A stretch of DNA of 64,000 nt, taken from assembly GCA_029548865.1 (NCBI GenBank), contig JAKPMO010000002.1:1-64000 (forward strand), written 5' to 3'. This document shows, one piece after another, positions 28,510 through 38,519 of the stretch. The DNA comes from Caldisericota bacterium. Its GTDB lineage: Bacteria > Caldisericota > Caldisericia > JAAYUI01. The notes beneath the pieces are model-generated. The model was not told the origin of the DNA. It was given only the letters and a program-made list of their open reading frames with translations, and searched no databases. Positions within the stretch are counted from its first letter, which is position 1; each line of letters starts with the position of its first letter. A program made the translations under genes and the position numbers.

Positions 28510-29809
28510 GATTGTCATTGCTGTGGCGATAGAAGTTGTTTTAATAGCTATTTCAATAATATTTTTTGCTCCCTTGGGATACATGGGAATAGAAGTGGAA
28601 CCTAAGGGCGCCCAGGTGAAAATTGATGGGGACCCGGCAGGAAGATCGCCACTATATTTGGCTTTTGTGACACCACGCAAATATCAGCTTGAAATAAGTA
28701 AAGATGGTTACAAAACGCTCAATGCCAGTTTCAATGTTTCCAGGTTCACCAAAACCATACAGCAGTTTAAACTTGAAAAAGTCTATTCGTACGAGATACT
28801 TTCTGACCCGCCTGGAGCATACGTCATTCTGGATGGCAAACTCTTGCAAGAAACTACGCCAATGAAAATTAAAGGTCTGACTGCCGGCAAGTATTTGCTG
28901 ATACTCCAGAAGGAGGGCTATCCTTCGATATCGAAAGTCATCGAGACGTCCCAAAGCAAGGCATCATTCCTCCTTTCTTTCAGACAGGGCATAAATGTTG
29001 AATTCACATCAAATCCTCCAGGTGCAGAACTCCGTCTGGACGGGAAAAAGGTTGGTATAACACCCTGCATTGTTGAGGGGCTTTTTGCAAAGACATATAG
29101 CGCCGAGCTTACAATTGAAGGATATGAGGACCTGAAGCAGAGCGTTGACATTAGTGTAAATGGAGACAAGGTGGCGTTCACGCTGAGAAAACTTAATCCT
29201 CTCGGCATAATTTCGGACCCGCCAGGCCAGATTGCATACCTTGATGGCAGTCCCGCCGGCAAAACTCCGTTGATCGTCAATATCGTCGACGGACAGTATG
29301 AAATAACTGTTGGAAAGATAAAAAAACAGGTCGTTTTGCCAAAAGACCAGATTGTTAAAATAGAAAACCCTGAAAAAGCAATTTTTGAGCTGATAAGTGA
29401 GAGTGGTGCTGTCCAGAAATATCAGGGCCCATCAGATGCAGTCTTGCCCAAACCACCAAACGGCAAGTACAGGCTGGCCATCCCAATCGAAGGGGGAAGA
29501 ATATACCTCTCAGAATACACTTTTGCCGACAAGCCGCAAAAGGTGTCTTCGTATACATACTCAAAAGATGGAAAGACAACTATCAGGAGTATTGGTGGTG
29601 CAAGATCCATCGAAATCGTAACTCCAAAGGAAAATATCGAGCTTGGTATGGGCGAAGCTGAAATAGACATCAAGCAGATTGAAGAGAAGATTGGAAAGTT
29701 CGATACCCTTAACATAATGGTTGGTCAAGGGGTATGGAGCGCCAAATTTACACTCACAAAAGCCGAGATTATGGCAGGCATCATTTTTGAGGTGGAGGTT
29801 GTCAGGTGA
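28499..29809 (+). CDS. PEGA-domain surface protein
   Basis: Four S[DN]PPGA-type...DG...G.TP repeats after an N-terminal TM. Confidence 0.88.
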   Translation: MNYKIVIAVAIEVVLIAISIIFFAPLGYMGIEVEPKGAQVKIDGDPAGRSPLYLAFVTPRKYQLEISKDGYKTLNASFNVSRFTKTIQQFKLEKVYSYEILSDPPGAYVILDGKLLQETTPMKIKGLTAGKYLLILQKEGYPSISKVIETSQSKASFLLSFRQGINVEFTSNPPGAELRLDGKKVGITPCIVEGLFAKTYSAELTIEGYEDLKQSVDISVNGDKVAFTLRKLNPLGIISDPPGQIAYLDGSPAGKTPLIVNIVDGQYEITVGKIKKQVVLPKDQIVKIENPEKAIFELISESGAVQKYQGPSDAVLPKPPNGKYRLAIPIEGGRIYLSEYTFADKPQKVSSYTYSKDGKTTIRSIGGARSIEIVTPKENIELGMGEAEIDIKQIEEKIGKFDTLNIMVGQGVWSAKFTLTKAEIMAGIIFEVEVVR

Positions 29810-30285
29810 GGAAGACCATTCTTGTTTTGCTTGCCCTCATTGTTCTTGCTGGTTGTGGCAGGCGTGAAGTGGTCTTTGTTGGCGCACACAAAACAACTTG
29901 GGGAAGTGTCGGGATTGCTGCCGGCTGGAAGGCTGAGCCTGTCAATAAATCCGATGTGAACCTTTATTCCACCGAAGAGCATAATGTAAAAGTGACGATC
30001 AGACTTCTTCCATTCCCGAAAGATCTTATAGGCTACATAGAAGGACAGGCAAAGCTCACAGGGAGGGAATTTGTAAGCTCGGAAGATGTAAAACTGGATG
30101 GCGGGGAAGCAAAGAAATTCACAATGAGAGCCATTTACGCCAAGCTCAATCTGATTGAAGACCTTTATGCGGTAAAGATTGGTGACCAGCTTCTATCAAT
30201 CCTTGTGTCGGTGCCTGAAGAGTCAATGACCGGATACCAGGCTGAACAGGTGGCAAACTCTGTCAGGTGGAATGGAGGGAAATGA
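29806..30285 (+). CDS. Lipoprotein (PsbP/DcrB-like fold possible)
   Basis: Lipobox LAGC. Confidence 0.65.
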   Translation: MRKTILVLLALIVLAGCGRREVVFVGAHKTTWGSVGIAAGWKAEPVNKSDVNLYSTEEHNVKVTIRLLPFPKDLIGYIEGQAKLTGREFVSSEDVKLDGGEAKKFTMRAIYAKLNLIEDLYAVKIGDQLLSILVSVPEESMTGYQAEQVANSVRWNGGK

Positions 30286-31700
30286 ACGAAGAAAACCAGG
30301 GTGATCTTTTTGGAGTAGGGCAGGAAGAGACGCAAAAGGTACAAAGTGCCATAAACGAAGCCCTTACATTCTTCAAATCTGGAAAACTTGCCGAGGCACA
30401 GAAAGTTTTGTCACACTCCATGGCTTTTGTTGAAAAATCTCCACCAGCATTTGGTTTTGCGCTTTTGCAAAAGCTCTGCTCGGTCGATTATCTCAGGAGC
30501 GACAAAGCTTCGCTTGTTCAGCACCTCAAGGCGTTGGGAACATTTTTGATGTCATCAAAACAATTCAAACAGGCCGCAAATGTTTTTGACACCACGCTTG
30601 CATTTGAGCCAGACAACAAGGAAATCATTTTTTTAAATGCCAAAAACACCATTTTGTCGGGTGATCTCCCTTTGGGAGTACCACAACTCAAAAAAGTCAT
30701 CGACTGCGATCCAACAAATATTGAGGCGTTTGCACTTCTCGTAAAGAGCAGCGCTTCTTATAGACCTGAGGGCGCCCTCCAATACGTTAATGGTTACCTC
30801 AGGCTCCAGCCGGACAGCTTTGATGCTCATAATGATGTTGTCAGGATTTATGAACAGCTTGGAATACAAACCGAGGCAGTAACACTAAGAATCAAAATGT
30901 CGGCTTTGACCAAGGATGAAAAACAGCTCCAGGAGCACCTTTCAGAGTCGGCAAAGCTTTATCCTAATGAACCAGAATTCCACAGGAAAATGCTTGAGAT
31001 TGCCATAGCAAGCGCTGACTGGGAGAAAACTGATACTGAATTGGCCAACCTTTCAAGGATATTCAAAAAATCTGCCGATTTGAGGCAGGCCCTGATATTC
31101 TCTGAAATGAGGCTGGCAATTGACCCAAAATCGGAAGAGTTGAGGGAAGAAGTGGCTGCAATCAGAAAACAGCTTGGCCTGATTGATTCACCACTGGTTT
31201 TCCAGGAAGCGCCGCTCCCATGGCTTGAGAGTACAAAGAGGTGCTTATTAACACTTGATTTTCAGCCTTATTTTGACAAATGTTCCAAGTCAGTTCAGGA
31301 GGCCCTGCTCTCCGGCGATATTGAAACAGCAAAAAATGTCCGCCTGGAATGGCTCTCTGTTCAGGAATTCAAGGGCGTACTTGAGGAGAGGTTTGAGGGC
31401 AACCATTCGGCAACAGATGATGTTTGGGCCAAACTAATGACTGCCTCGACATTTGAACAGCTAAAACCTCTGAAGGACGCACACCCGAAGCTATTGCCGG
31501 TTTTGGAAAAAATCCTTGTTGCATCCAGAGATGATGTTTCCAGGCTTGTTGAAATCTGGCTAGATGAAGCGCAATCATCAGTAAACACGGTTGATTTTGA
31601 GGCCACAAAGGTTTATATTTCGCTTCTGGCCCAGACGCTTCCATCGCTAGCACCATTCCTTCCAAAAATTAGGCCAATCCTTCTTGCAACCGTGAGGTAA
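30282..31700 (+). CDS. Tetratricopeptide-repeat protein
   Basis: Helical repeats ending EPDN, DPTN, QPDS, YPNE, IDPK; GGAGG SD before ATG 30282. Confidence 0.75.
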   Translation: MNEENQGDLFGVGQEETQKVQSAINEALTFFKSGKLAEAQKVLSHSMAFVEKSPPAFGFALLQKLCSVDYLRSDKASLVQHLKALGTFLMSSKQFKQAANVFDTTLAFEPDNKEIIFLNAKNTILSGDLPLGVPQLKKVIDCDPTNIEAFALLVKSSASYRPEGALQYVNGYLRLQPDSFDAHNDVVRIYEQLGIQTEAVTLRIKMSALTKDEKQLQEHLSESAKLYPNEPEFHRKMLEIAIASADWEKTDTELANLSRIFKKSADLRQALIFSEMRLAIDPKSEELREEVAAIRKQLGLIDSPLVFQEAPLPWLESTKRCLLTLDFQPYFDKCSKSVQEALLSGDIETAKNVRLEWLSVQEFKGVLEERFEGNHSATDDVWAKLMTASTFEQLKPLKDAHPKLLPVLEKILVASRDDVSRLVEIWLDEAQSSVNTVDFEATKVYISLLAQTLPSLAPFLPKIRPILLATVR

Positions 31701-31703
31701 TAC

Positions 31704-31796
31704 ATGGATTTCTGGATCATAACGGCAATGGTTCTTGCCATTGCGCTGACCCTTGTTGGGGTAATCTATACCATTGTAAATTGGGGCAAAGAATGA
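31704..31796 (+). CDS. Symporter small accessory membrane protein (30 aa)
   Basis: Not in ORF track; MDFWIITAMVLAIALTLVGVIYTIVNWGKE; GAGGT SD; ATGA overlap with the symporter. Confidence 0.75.
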   Translation: MDFWIITAMVLAIALTLVGVIYTIVNWGKE

Positions 31797-33361
31797 ATTC
31801 TGCTACTTTCAATCCATATATTTTCTATGGCATAGCCATTGCCTTTTTGGCACTGCTTGGCATTCTTGCATATCTTGGATGGGTCAGGACCAAAAATAGT
31901 GATGATTTCATGCTTGCCGGCAAGCGTGTTCCTCCGTGGCTGATGGCCATCTCCTATGGCTCGGCTCTCATTTCAACATCATCGATTGTTGGTTTTGGTG
32001 GCAAGGCCGGCGAAGTTGGTCTTGCGATGGTCCTGATAGTTGCAATAAACATCGGTATGGGTGTCATAATGGCCTACATCGTTTTTGGGCCAAAAATAAG
32101 AGCTGTAGGCACTAAGATGGGTGCCCAGACCATGCCGGAGCTCCTCGGTTTGCGTTTCAAGTCAAAATTCGTCCAGGGTGTTGCTGGCGTCGTCAATTTT
32201 GTTTTCATGCCATTGTATGCCGGTGCCGTTCTGGTGAGTGTTTCGAGGCTGATGGAAACCATAATCGGCATTAATTTTGGCATTGCGTTGATCATATATA
32301 CCGTGATCATAGCGATTTATGTTGTTGGCGGTGGCCTTAAGGGTATGATTTTTGCCGATGCTGTTTTGGGTATCCTAAAGTTTGTTGGCGTTGCCACAAT
32401 GTTTATTATTGTGCTTTCAAAGGCTGGTGGATTCGGAGCTTTCTCTGCGATTTCCCAGGTACCGGTGCCGGAGGCGCTTGCAAAGGAAGGCATCAGAAGT
32501 TTCGGAACTTTGCCTACTTTTGGTTCCCCAATCTGGTGGCAATTGATAACCACGCTATTTTTTGGCATTAGTGTTGGCCTCCTTTCACAACCCCAGCTTG
32601 GTGTTCGTTTCCTTACCCTTAAAAACACCAGAGACATCAAGATAGCAGTTGGTTTTGGGGCCGTTTTTGTGCTTGTGGTCAATGGCGGAGGCATCCTGAC
32701 AGGTGCCCTGTCAAACCTTGCCGCTTACAGCAATCCTGCAATCGGCAGGACCGCAATTGAAATGGTCGGGATGAATGTTGACTCCATAATTCCTTTTGCA
32801 ATCAGATCGTTTCTTCCAGAATGGCTTGGATACATAATCCTGTTCACGCTGTTTTCTGCTGCCCTGTCCACTTCAACCGCCCAGATACACACAATGGCAA
32901 CATCCCTTGGGTATGATTTCATGATAAAGGGATTGAAGGTCAAAGCTTCGATAGGGCTGGTAAAAGCAGCGGCACTCATTTCACTTGCGGTGGTTATTGT
33001 TGTTGGCTACCTATTGCCAAAATCAATTGTTGCAACAGCAACAGCCATGTTTTTTGGAATAGCAGCCTCTGTCTTTTTGCCGTCCATCTGTGGTGCAATA
33101 TTCTGGAAAAGATGTACTAGGGCAGCTTCTATTGCCTCGATGCTGACCGGCATCGGGACAATAGTGTTCATGTACTTTTTTGTCCATATCAAGGAATCCG
33201 CTTCAATAGGGCTTTGCAATATGTTTTTCGGAAAGCCCAGCCTTTTTGAAGGGCACTGGCTCAGCATGTGCGACCCGACGTGTATTGCTGTTCCGCTGTC
33301 TTTCCTGGCGCTGTTTGTGGTTGGATTCCTGACAAAGGTGACGAATGAAGAAAGCATTTAG
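31793..33361 (+). CDS. Sodium:solute symporter (SSS family)
   Basis: DFMLAG, STSSIVGFGG, YVVGGG, SQPQL, AALSTS; about 13 TM. Confidence 0.92.
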   Translation: MNSATFNPYIFYGIAIAFLALLGILAYLGWVRTKNSDDFMLAGKRVPPWLMAISYGSALISTSSIVGFGGKAGEVGLAMVLIVAINIGMGVIMAYIVFGPKIRAVGTKMGAQTMPELLGLRFKSKFVQGVAGVVNFVFMPLYAGAVLVSVSRLMETIIGINFGIALIIYTVIIAIYVVGGGLKGMIFADAVLGILKFVGVATMFIIVLSKAGGFGAFSAISQVPVPEALAKEGIRSFGTLPTFGSPIWWQLITTLFFGISVGLLSQPQLGVRFLTLKNTRDIKIAVGFGAVFVLVVNGGGILTGALSNLAAYSNPAIGRTAIEMVGMNVDSIIPFAIRSFLPEWLGYIILFTLFSAALSTSTAQIHTMATSLGYDFMIKGLKVKASIGLVKAAALISLAVVIVVGYLLPKSIVATATAMFFGIAASVFLPSICGAIFWKRCTRAASIASMLTGIGTIVFMYFFVHIKESASIGLCNMFFGKPSLFEGHWLSMCDPTCIAVPLSFLALFVVGFLTKVTNEESI

Positions 33362-33803
33362 CATTATTTTGTTGTGCCTGGCTCTGGCCTCATGCTCTTC
33401 ACCTACTTCATCTGCCATCAGGGCCTATACCGATTACCGCGAGGCTCTCAAGTCCGGGGAAATTGGAAACATACTTGCTTTCTGGCACCCGGAAATGCTC
33501 ACAAGAAATGGTGACTCAATCAAGCTGGACATTGAGAAAAAGCTCGACACGTATGGCATACTCCTTGGTTACGAAAAGATGGAAGTGCTCTCAACGAAAA
33601 AGCTTGAAAACTGGATATTCGACGGGATTGTATTCAAAGACGTCATCCAGCTTGATATTTCTATAAGATTCCCGAAAATGGATGCCCTTCCACCAAAGCA
33701 GAGTTCCCTTGTGGCCGATGGGCCTGTGATCACCAGAGAGCTTGTTTATATGGTCGACGTTGGCGGTTCAATGAGGATTCTGGCATGCGAAACAAAATCC
33801 TGA
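33345..33803 (+). CDS. Lipoprotein, NTF2-like domain
   Basis: Lipobox LASC; AYTDYREALKSG helix. Confidence 0.6.
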   Translation: MKKAFSIILLCLALASCSSPTSSAIRAYTDYREALKSGEIGNILAFWHPEMLTRNGDSIKLDIEKKLDTYGILLGYEKMEVLSTKKLENWIFDGIVFKDVIQLDISIRFPKMDALPPKQSSLVADGPVITRELVYMVDVGGSMRILACETKS

Positions 33804-34681
33804 CAGTATTAATCTTTTCATTGTTTCTTGCCTCATGCGGACGGTCACCGGTTTTTGAGGGTGATTTTAAGGGTGGGCAGGGTGAAGCTTGCCATGCCGT
33901 CCAGATATACATCACAGCTGTCGCAAATGGCAACTCGTCAAAGACCTTTGAGTTTGAAAGTCCTTACCTCTGGCCTGGCATGGATGAGAAGCTATATAGG
34001 GTGATGAGGGCAAAAAATCCTGATTTTGCGTCTCTTGTTGGCAAATCAAGCTTTAAGTTCACACAGTGTAGTGTCCAGGAGGGTTGGGGCCTTTATGGAA
34101 AGACATACGACTTGGCCTATATTATTGCGGTTGAAGCAACATGGAGCAGCGAGCTGACGCAGGACGAGAAAAGGATTGCCGATGTTATTGGCAAAGGCCC
34201 TTTCCTGACGGTTGCCACAAAAATGGATGGCCAGTGGAAGCTCATGCCTTTCTTTGGGCCGGAACTTTTTGAGATCAAAGAGGCTGAGAAAGCCTACATT
34301 GCATACCTTGATGCCATAAAAAGCGGGCAGTTTTCCAAAACCTATGATTTTACCCCAACTGACCTTTTGTCTGGTGCAAGCAGGGAACAGGTCGAGCGAG
34401 AATGGAAAAACAACAATGGCAAGGGTATTGCCGAGTTTTTAAAGAAGCTTGACCTCAAGCCGACTGCTGGAAGGATTGAATTCGGCGTCAATCATAATGG
34501 AAGGACTTATCCTTACGGGGTTACCTTCAATCTATTCATGAACATCGACCAGATGTCATACCAGGGGAATGATACCCTGATAAAAATGATTGCCGATGAT
34601 TGGACAACCGGAAAAAACACCACAGTCACAATGATTTATGAAGATGGCTGGAAGGTTGTTGCCGAGAACCCGCTTTTCTGA
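33785..34681 (+). CDS. Lipoprotein with two NTF2-like domains
   Basis: Lipobox LASC; internal repeat ending DGQWKL and EDGWKV. Confidence 0.6.
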   Translation: MRNKILTVLIFSLFLASCGRSPVFEGDFKGGQGEACHAVQIYITAVANGNSSKTFEFESPYLWPGMDEKLYRVMRAKNPDFASLVGKSSFKFTQCSVQEGWGLYGKTYDLAYIIAVEATWSSELTQDEKRIADVIGKGPFLTVATKMDGQWKLMPFFGPELFEIKEAEKAYIAYLDAIKSGQFSKTYDFTPTDLLSGASREQVEREWKNNNGKGIAEFLKKLDLKPTAGRIEFGVNHNGRTYPYGVTFNLFMNIDQMSYQGNDTLIKMIADDWTTGKNTTVTMIYEDGWKVVAENPLF

Positions 34682-35084
34682 CAATTTCCAGACACTTTTT
34701 CGCCAGCACCACAACATCTTTTGGTGCACCCATCGATTCAGCCTCCTCAATTGTGACCCAGGAGAATGGCTCCAGAATGGTTTTTGTATCTGATTCTGCT
34801 GCGTATATCATGTCAGTGTGGCAATGCTCGCTGTCTATATTTTCGACAAGAATTGCGACAGGAAGCGGAACAGTCTCTATTCCGTAATCTGGCGGTAAAT
34901 CAAAAAGGAGCCTGGGTTTGACTCCAAGCTCCTCTATTACTTCCCTTATCGCCGCCTCATGCGGCAGTTCATTTTGTTCTACATGACCCCCTGGTGGAAG
35001 CCATTTCTTGACCTTCTCGTGAAAATGTATTGCAAACCTCTCTCCGTTGAAAACGAAGGTGGTTGCAGCCAGTTCATATCTCAT
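34626..35084 (-). CDS. NUDIX hydrolase
   Basis: Nudix box GGHVEQNELPHEAAIREVIEELG. Confidence 0.92.
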   Translation of the reverse strand: MRYELAATTFVFNGERFAIHFHEKVKKWLPPGGHVEQNELPHEAAIREVIEELGVKPRLLFDLPPDYGIETVPLPVAILVENIDSEHCHTDMIYAAESDTKTILEPFSWVTIEEAESMGAPKDVVVLAKKCLEIVRKAGSRQQPSSHLHKSL

Positions 35085-36310
35085 GAACCTGCCATTCGAA
35101 GCGGTGGTGCCCTGACTGCGGATATAAGTGGTGGAATAGACGCAAGAACACCCAGAGCAACGGCTATGCCAATCGAAAGAAGGAGCAGGTCTGGAGGGAG
35201 AGATACCAGGTTTGTGTTTGGCGCATTTGGTATCAAAATCCTGAGCAGGTCACTTAGCGGGTTTTGCAAGACAAGCGTGAGCACAATACCTATTATGCCA
35301 CCTATCAATGTTAGCAAGACCACCTCGAGACCAACCGATGTTCCCACCTGCATTGGTGTTGCCCCGATGGTTCTCATCATGCCGATCTCTTTTGATCTTT
35401 CGATGACGCCCATCAGCGCAGTGCCGGCAACAACGATGGCGCAGGCAATTATTGCAACTATGACAACAGAAAGCATGATCGATCTGGCCGAATCAATGAG
35501 ACCAGATACCGTGTTTGCAACCTGATTGATTGTCACTGGCTGTGCATCATTGATGCCTTCAACAGCAACGGCCACGAACTCTTTTGAGCCTGCCTGATCA
35601 TCAAGTTCTATCGCAATGGCAGTGTACCCGTTCAGGTCAATAATTTTTCTTGCCTCGTCGTCGTTGGTAATGAAGAAGTTGTCTTCGGAAGCGCCAGTCT
35701 GGTCAAGAAGGCCAACAACGGTCAGCTCCCTTGGGTCAGTCTTGTAGGTTATGACTTGCTGGCCAATCGGCGGATAGGTGCCCAGTTCTTCCTGCTGTTT
35801 TTTATCCTGGGCAATCCCTACCACAGTGTACTTCTTCCCGATTTCTGCGCCGAGTTTTTTTGCAATGGTGGAACCGAGAACGAGTTCACCTTCCGCGGTT
35901 GGGAATTTTCCTTGTACCTTCCAGTTTGGTCTGAGTTTCTCAAAACCTGGAGAAATACCATAGATAATGTGCTGGACGCTATCAAGTTCGAGGGTCCCCA
36001 TCACAATACCCTGCGCACTTTTTACATGCTGGATTGCTTTTATCTTGTCAATTGCCTCAAGCGGGAGCTTGTTTGGGATGACTCCACCATGCAAAAGGAG
36101 TGTTGTTGAGGAATAGGGGCATCCTTTTGGCACGGCAAGCATCTGCACTCCAAAGTTGTTCAGCTCATCCTTCATGGCCTTGTTATAGCCAAAGTAGAAA
36201 CCCAAAAGGGACAAGAGGAGCGTTATGGAGATAGTGACTGTGGCAATTGCCAGCACTGTGCGCAAGGGTTTTTTTGCCAGATTGCGCAAGGCGAGCTTGA
36301 ATGTCGACAT
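35081..36310 (-). CDS. MacB/FtsX-type ABC transporter permease
   Basis: LRNL..K..RT, ERSKEIGMMRTIGA; PKGCPY motif. Confidence 0.9.
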   Translation of the reverse strand: MSTFKLALRNLAKKPLRTVLAIATVTISITLLLSLLGFYFGYNKAMKDELNNFGVQMLAVPKGCPYSSTTLLLHGGVIPNKLPLEAIDKIKAIQHVKSAQGIVMGTLELDSVQHIIYGISPGFEKLRPNWKVQGKFPTAEGELVLGSTIAKKLGAEIGKKYTVVGIAQDKKQQEELGTYPPIGQQVITYKTDPRELTVVGLLDQTGASEDNFFITNDDEARKIIDLNGYTAIAIELDDQAGSKEFVAVAVEGINDAQPVTINQVANTVSGLIDSARSIMLSVVIVAIIACAIVVAGTALMGVIERSKEIGMMRTIGATPMQVGTSVGLEVVLLTLIGGIIGIVLTLVLQNPLSDLLRILIPNAPNTNLVSLPPDLLLLSIGIAVALGVLASIPPLISAVRAPPLRMAGS

Positions 36311-36714
36311 CAGTCGATAAGCTCCACCCTGTGGCCCTCAAGCATTTCTCCTGTATTTGAGGCCGTTACTTTCCCATAGACTTTAACATGGAGACCCTTT
36401 ATGGATTCTGGCACAGTAAAACTATCTTTGGTCCTGGAGACGTAGAGCCTGACCTTGTCGCCCAGTTTGTCTGAGATGAAGAACCAGCAACCTGCGGGGC
36501 AGACTTCGTCCACGTAGACATCCATAACAACCTGTTTGTCCATGAGCTCTGGATCTGCGAATACCTGCTCAACGGTTGCCGGCTGGTATTCCTCAGGTTT
36601 CTCAATTGGCGGGCCAAATGTTTTTTCCTGGGGACCCGATGACCCACAGGATGCGAGTATGGCAATAGCGCCAAAAAGTACCACAAGTGCGACAACAAAG
36701 CTAATTTTTTTCAT
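36310..36714 (-). CDS. OB-fold lipoprotein with CxxxC (DUF4920-like)
   Basis: Lipobox LASC; EVCPAGCWF; VKVYG. Confidence 0.65.
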   Translation of the reverse strand: MKKISFVVALVVLFGAIAILASCGSSGPQEKTFGPPIEKPEEYQPATVEQVFADPELMDKQVVMDVYVDEVCPAGCWFFISDKLGDKVRLYVSRTKDSFTVPESIKGLHVKVYGKVTASNTGEMLEGHRVELID

Positions 36715-37378
36715 CTCTTGTTATTCTCCCGTCCATGAGTTCTACCACCCTGTCACAGTCTTTTGCAAGTTTCTGGCTGTGGGTGGCGATAATAATTGTT
36801 TTTCCTTGTCCAGCAAGTTTTTTGAAGAGCCCAAATACGGCTTCTGCGTTTGCCGTGTCAAGGTTTCCTGTTGGTTCATCAGCGATAAGGATTGGTGGGT
36901 CAAGCGCCAGCGCCCTGGCGATGGCAACCCTTTGCATTTCACCACCAGACATCTGGCCTGGTCTATGGTCATATCTTTGTGATACTCCAACCATTTCGAG
37001 GAGTTCCATGATATGGTCTTTTCCGAGTTTTTTGCCTGCGAAAAGTCCGGGAAGTGCGACGTTTTCATATGCTGTCAATGTGGGAATCAGGAAGAATCTC
37101 TGGAAAACAAAACCCATGAGTTCCCTGCGCAAAACTGTTCTTTGGGCCTCAGAGAAGTCCTTAATGTTCCTTCCTTCAAGGGCCAACGATCCAGAATCAA
37201 TGTTCTCGAGCATTCCGATGCAGGAGAGCAGGGTTGTTTTTCCAGAACCCGATCTACCCATTATTGAGAGCATCTCCCCCTTGCCAACATTTAGAGAGAT
37301 ATCCTGAATGGCATGGATGGTTTCCGTGCCTCTTTTGAAAGATTTTGAAATTCCCTTTGCCATTATTGTGTCACTCAT
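36701..37378 (-). CDS. ABC transporter ATP-binding protein (LolD/MacB type)
   Basis: GRSGSGKT, MSGGEMQRVAIARAL, ADEPTGNLD. Confidence 0.95.
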   Translation of the reverse strand: MSDTIMAKGISKSFKRGTETIHAIQDISLNVGKGEMLSIMGRSGSGKTTLLSCIGMLENIDSGSLALEGRNIKDFSEAQRTVLRRELMGFVFQRFFLIPTLTAYENVALPGLFAGKKLGKDHIMELLEMVGVSQRYDHRPGQMSGGEMQRVAIARALALDPPILIADEPTGNLDTANAEAVFGLFKKLAGQGKTIIIATHSQKLAKDCDRVVELMDGRITRDEKN

Positions 37379-38519
37379 CGGAAGCTGCCTCCGTCGGTTT
37401 TGTGCTGGCGGCGTTTTTGGCTGGGCCATAAGCAGCCAGTATTGATATAATGATGACTATGGCCAGTGTTATTATGGCCGAAGTCCAGCCTATTGAAATG
37501 ATGCTCCCACTTGGCGATTGTGGAAGACTTTTTTTGATCAGTTCACTGGCACTGGATGAGAGGGCAAAACCAAGTGCAACGCCAAGTATGGCACCAAAAA
37601 AACCAAGAATGGCAGACTCTAGTGTTGATTCAAAGAGCACCTGTCCACTTGTTGCACCCATGGCCCTCATCATTCCAATCTCACCTTTTCTTTCGGCCAC
37701 AGATGAGGCCTGGGTTGTAAGAATGCCGACACCTGCTATGAGGATTATGATAATAAGCACTGAAAGAATGGCTATCCTTGCACCCGAGACAAAATCACTG
37801 ATTGTTGCCTGGAAGTCACCAATCGTGATAACTTGAAGATCTGGTATGGCCATCAACCTTTTCGCCACGGTTTCGGATTGTGCCGGATCATCTACCTGTA
37901 TGAGGATTGAAGAGAGCATACCCTCTGCCTTGAGAAGATTTTGCGCCGATTTCAGGTTCATGAAAACAAGATCTTCGTCTTCTGTTGCACCTTTATCGGC
38001 TATGGCTGCAATTTTGTAGGTTTTCCCGGCTATGTCAAAATCATCGCCAACTTTTGCTGAAAGCACCTGCGAGATTTTGTATCCAAGGGCAACTTCATTC
38101 TCAGCAAATGGTTTTTTGAACCCAAGTTTTGGTCTCATCAGATGATAATTTTCGTCAGCGCCAACAATCACATGGACTTTTTTGTATGGCCCTACCGGGC
38201 GTTGACCCATGATTGTTGCTGAAATGGTTTTAACACCCTCTGCCTTTTTAATTGGTGCCATCTGATTTTCTGCAACAGCATACCGTAGGTTGCCACCACT
38301 TAAAATGACTCCTGTGGCTTCGTAGGGGCACCCCTTTGGGATTGCCAGTATGTTTGCGCCCAGACTATTGATGTTTGAGAGAAGGGCCGAATCGTAGCCC
38401 TGGGAGAGACCAAGAGATAAAATGAGAACTAGTGATGCAATTGCAATTGTCAGACAGGAGGCGATAAAACCTGCTGGTCTGCGAAGGAGACCTTTAAATG
38501 CGAGTTTTATAAAACTCAC
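37371..38519 (-). CDS. MacB/FtsX-type ABC transporter permease
   Basis: ERKGEIGMMRAMGA; PKGCPY motif. Confidence 0.9.
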   Translation of the reverse strand: MSFIKLAFKGLLRRPAGFIASCLTIAIASLVLILSLGLSQGYDSALLSNINSLGANILAIPKGCPYEATGVILSGGNLRYAVAENQMAPIKKAEGVKTISATIMGQRPVGPYKKVHVIVGADENYHLMRPKLGFKKPFAENEVALGYKISQVLSAKVGDDFDIAGKTYKIAAIADKGATEDEDLVFMNLKSAQNLLKAEGMLSSILIQVDDPAQSETVAKRLMAIPDLQVITIGDFQATISDFVSGARIAILSVLIIIILIAGVGILTTQASSVAERKGEIGMMRAMGATSGQVLFESTLESAILGFFGAILGVALGFALSSSASELIKKSLPQSPSGSIISIGWTSAIITLAIVIIISILAAYGPAKNAASTKPTEAASDE

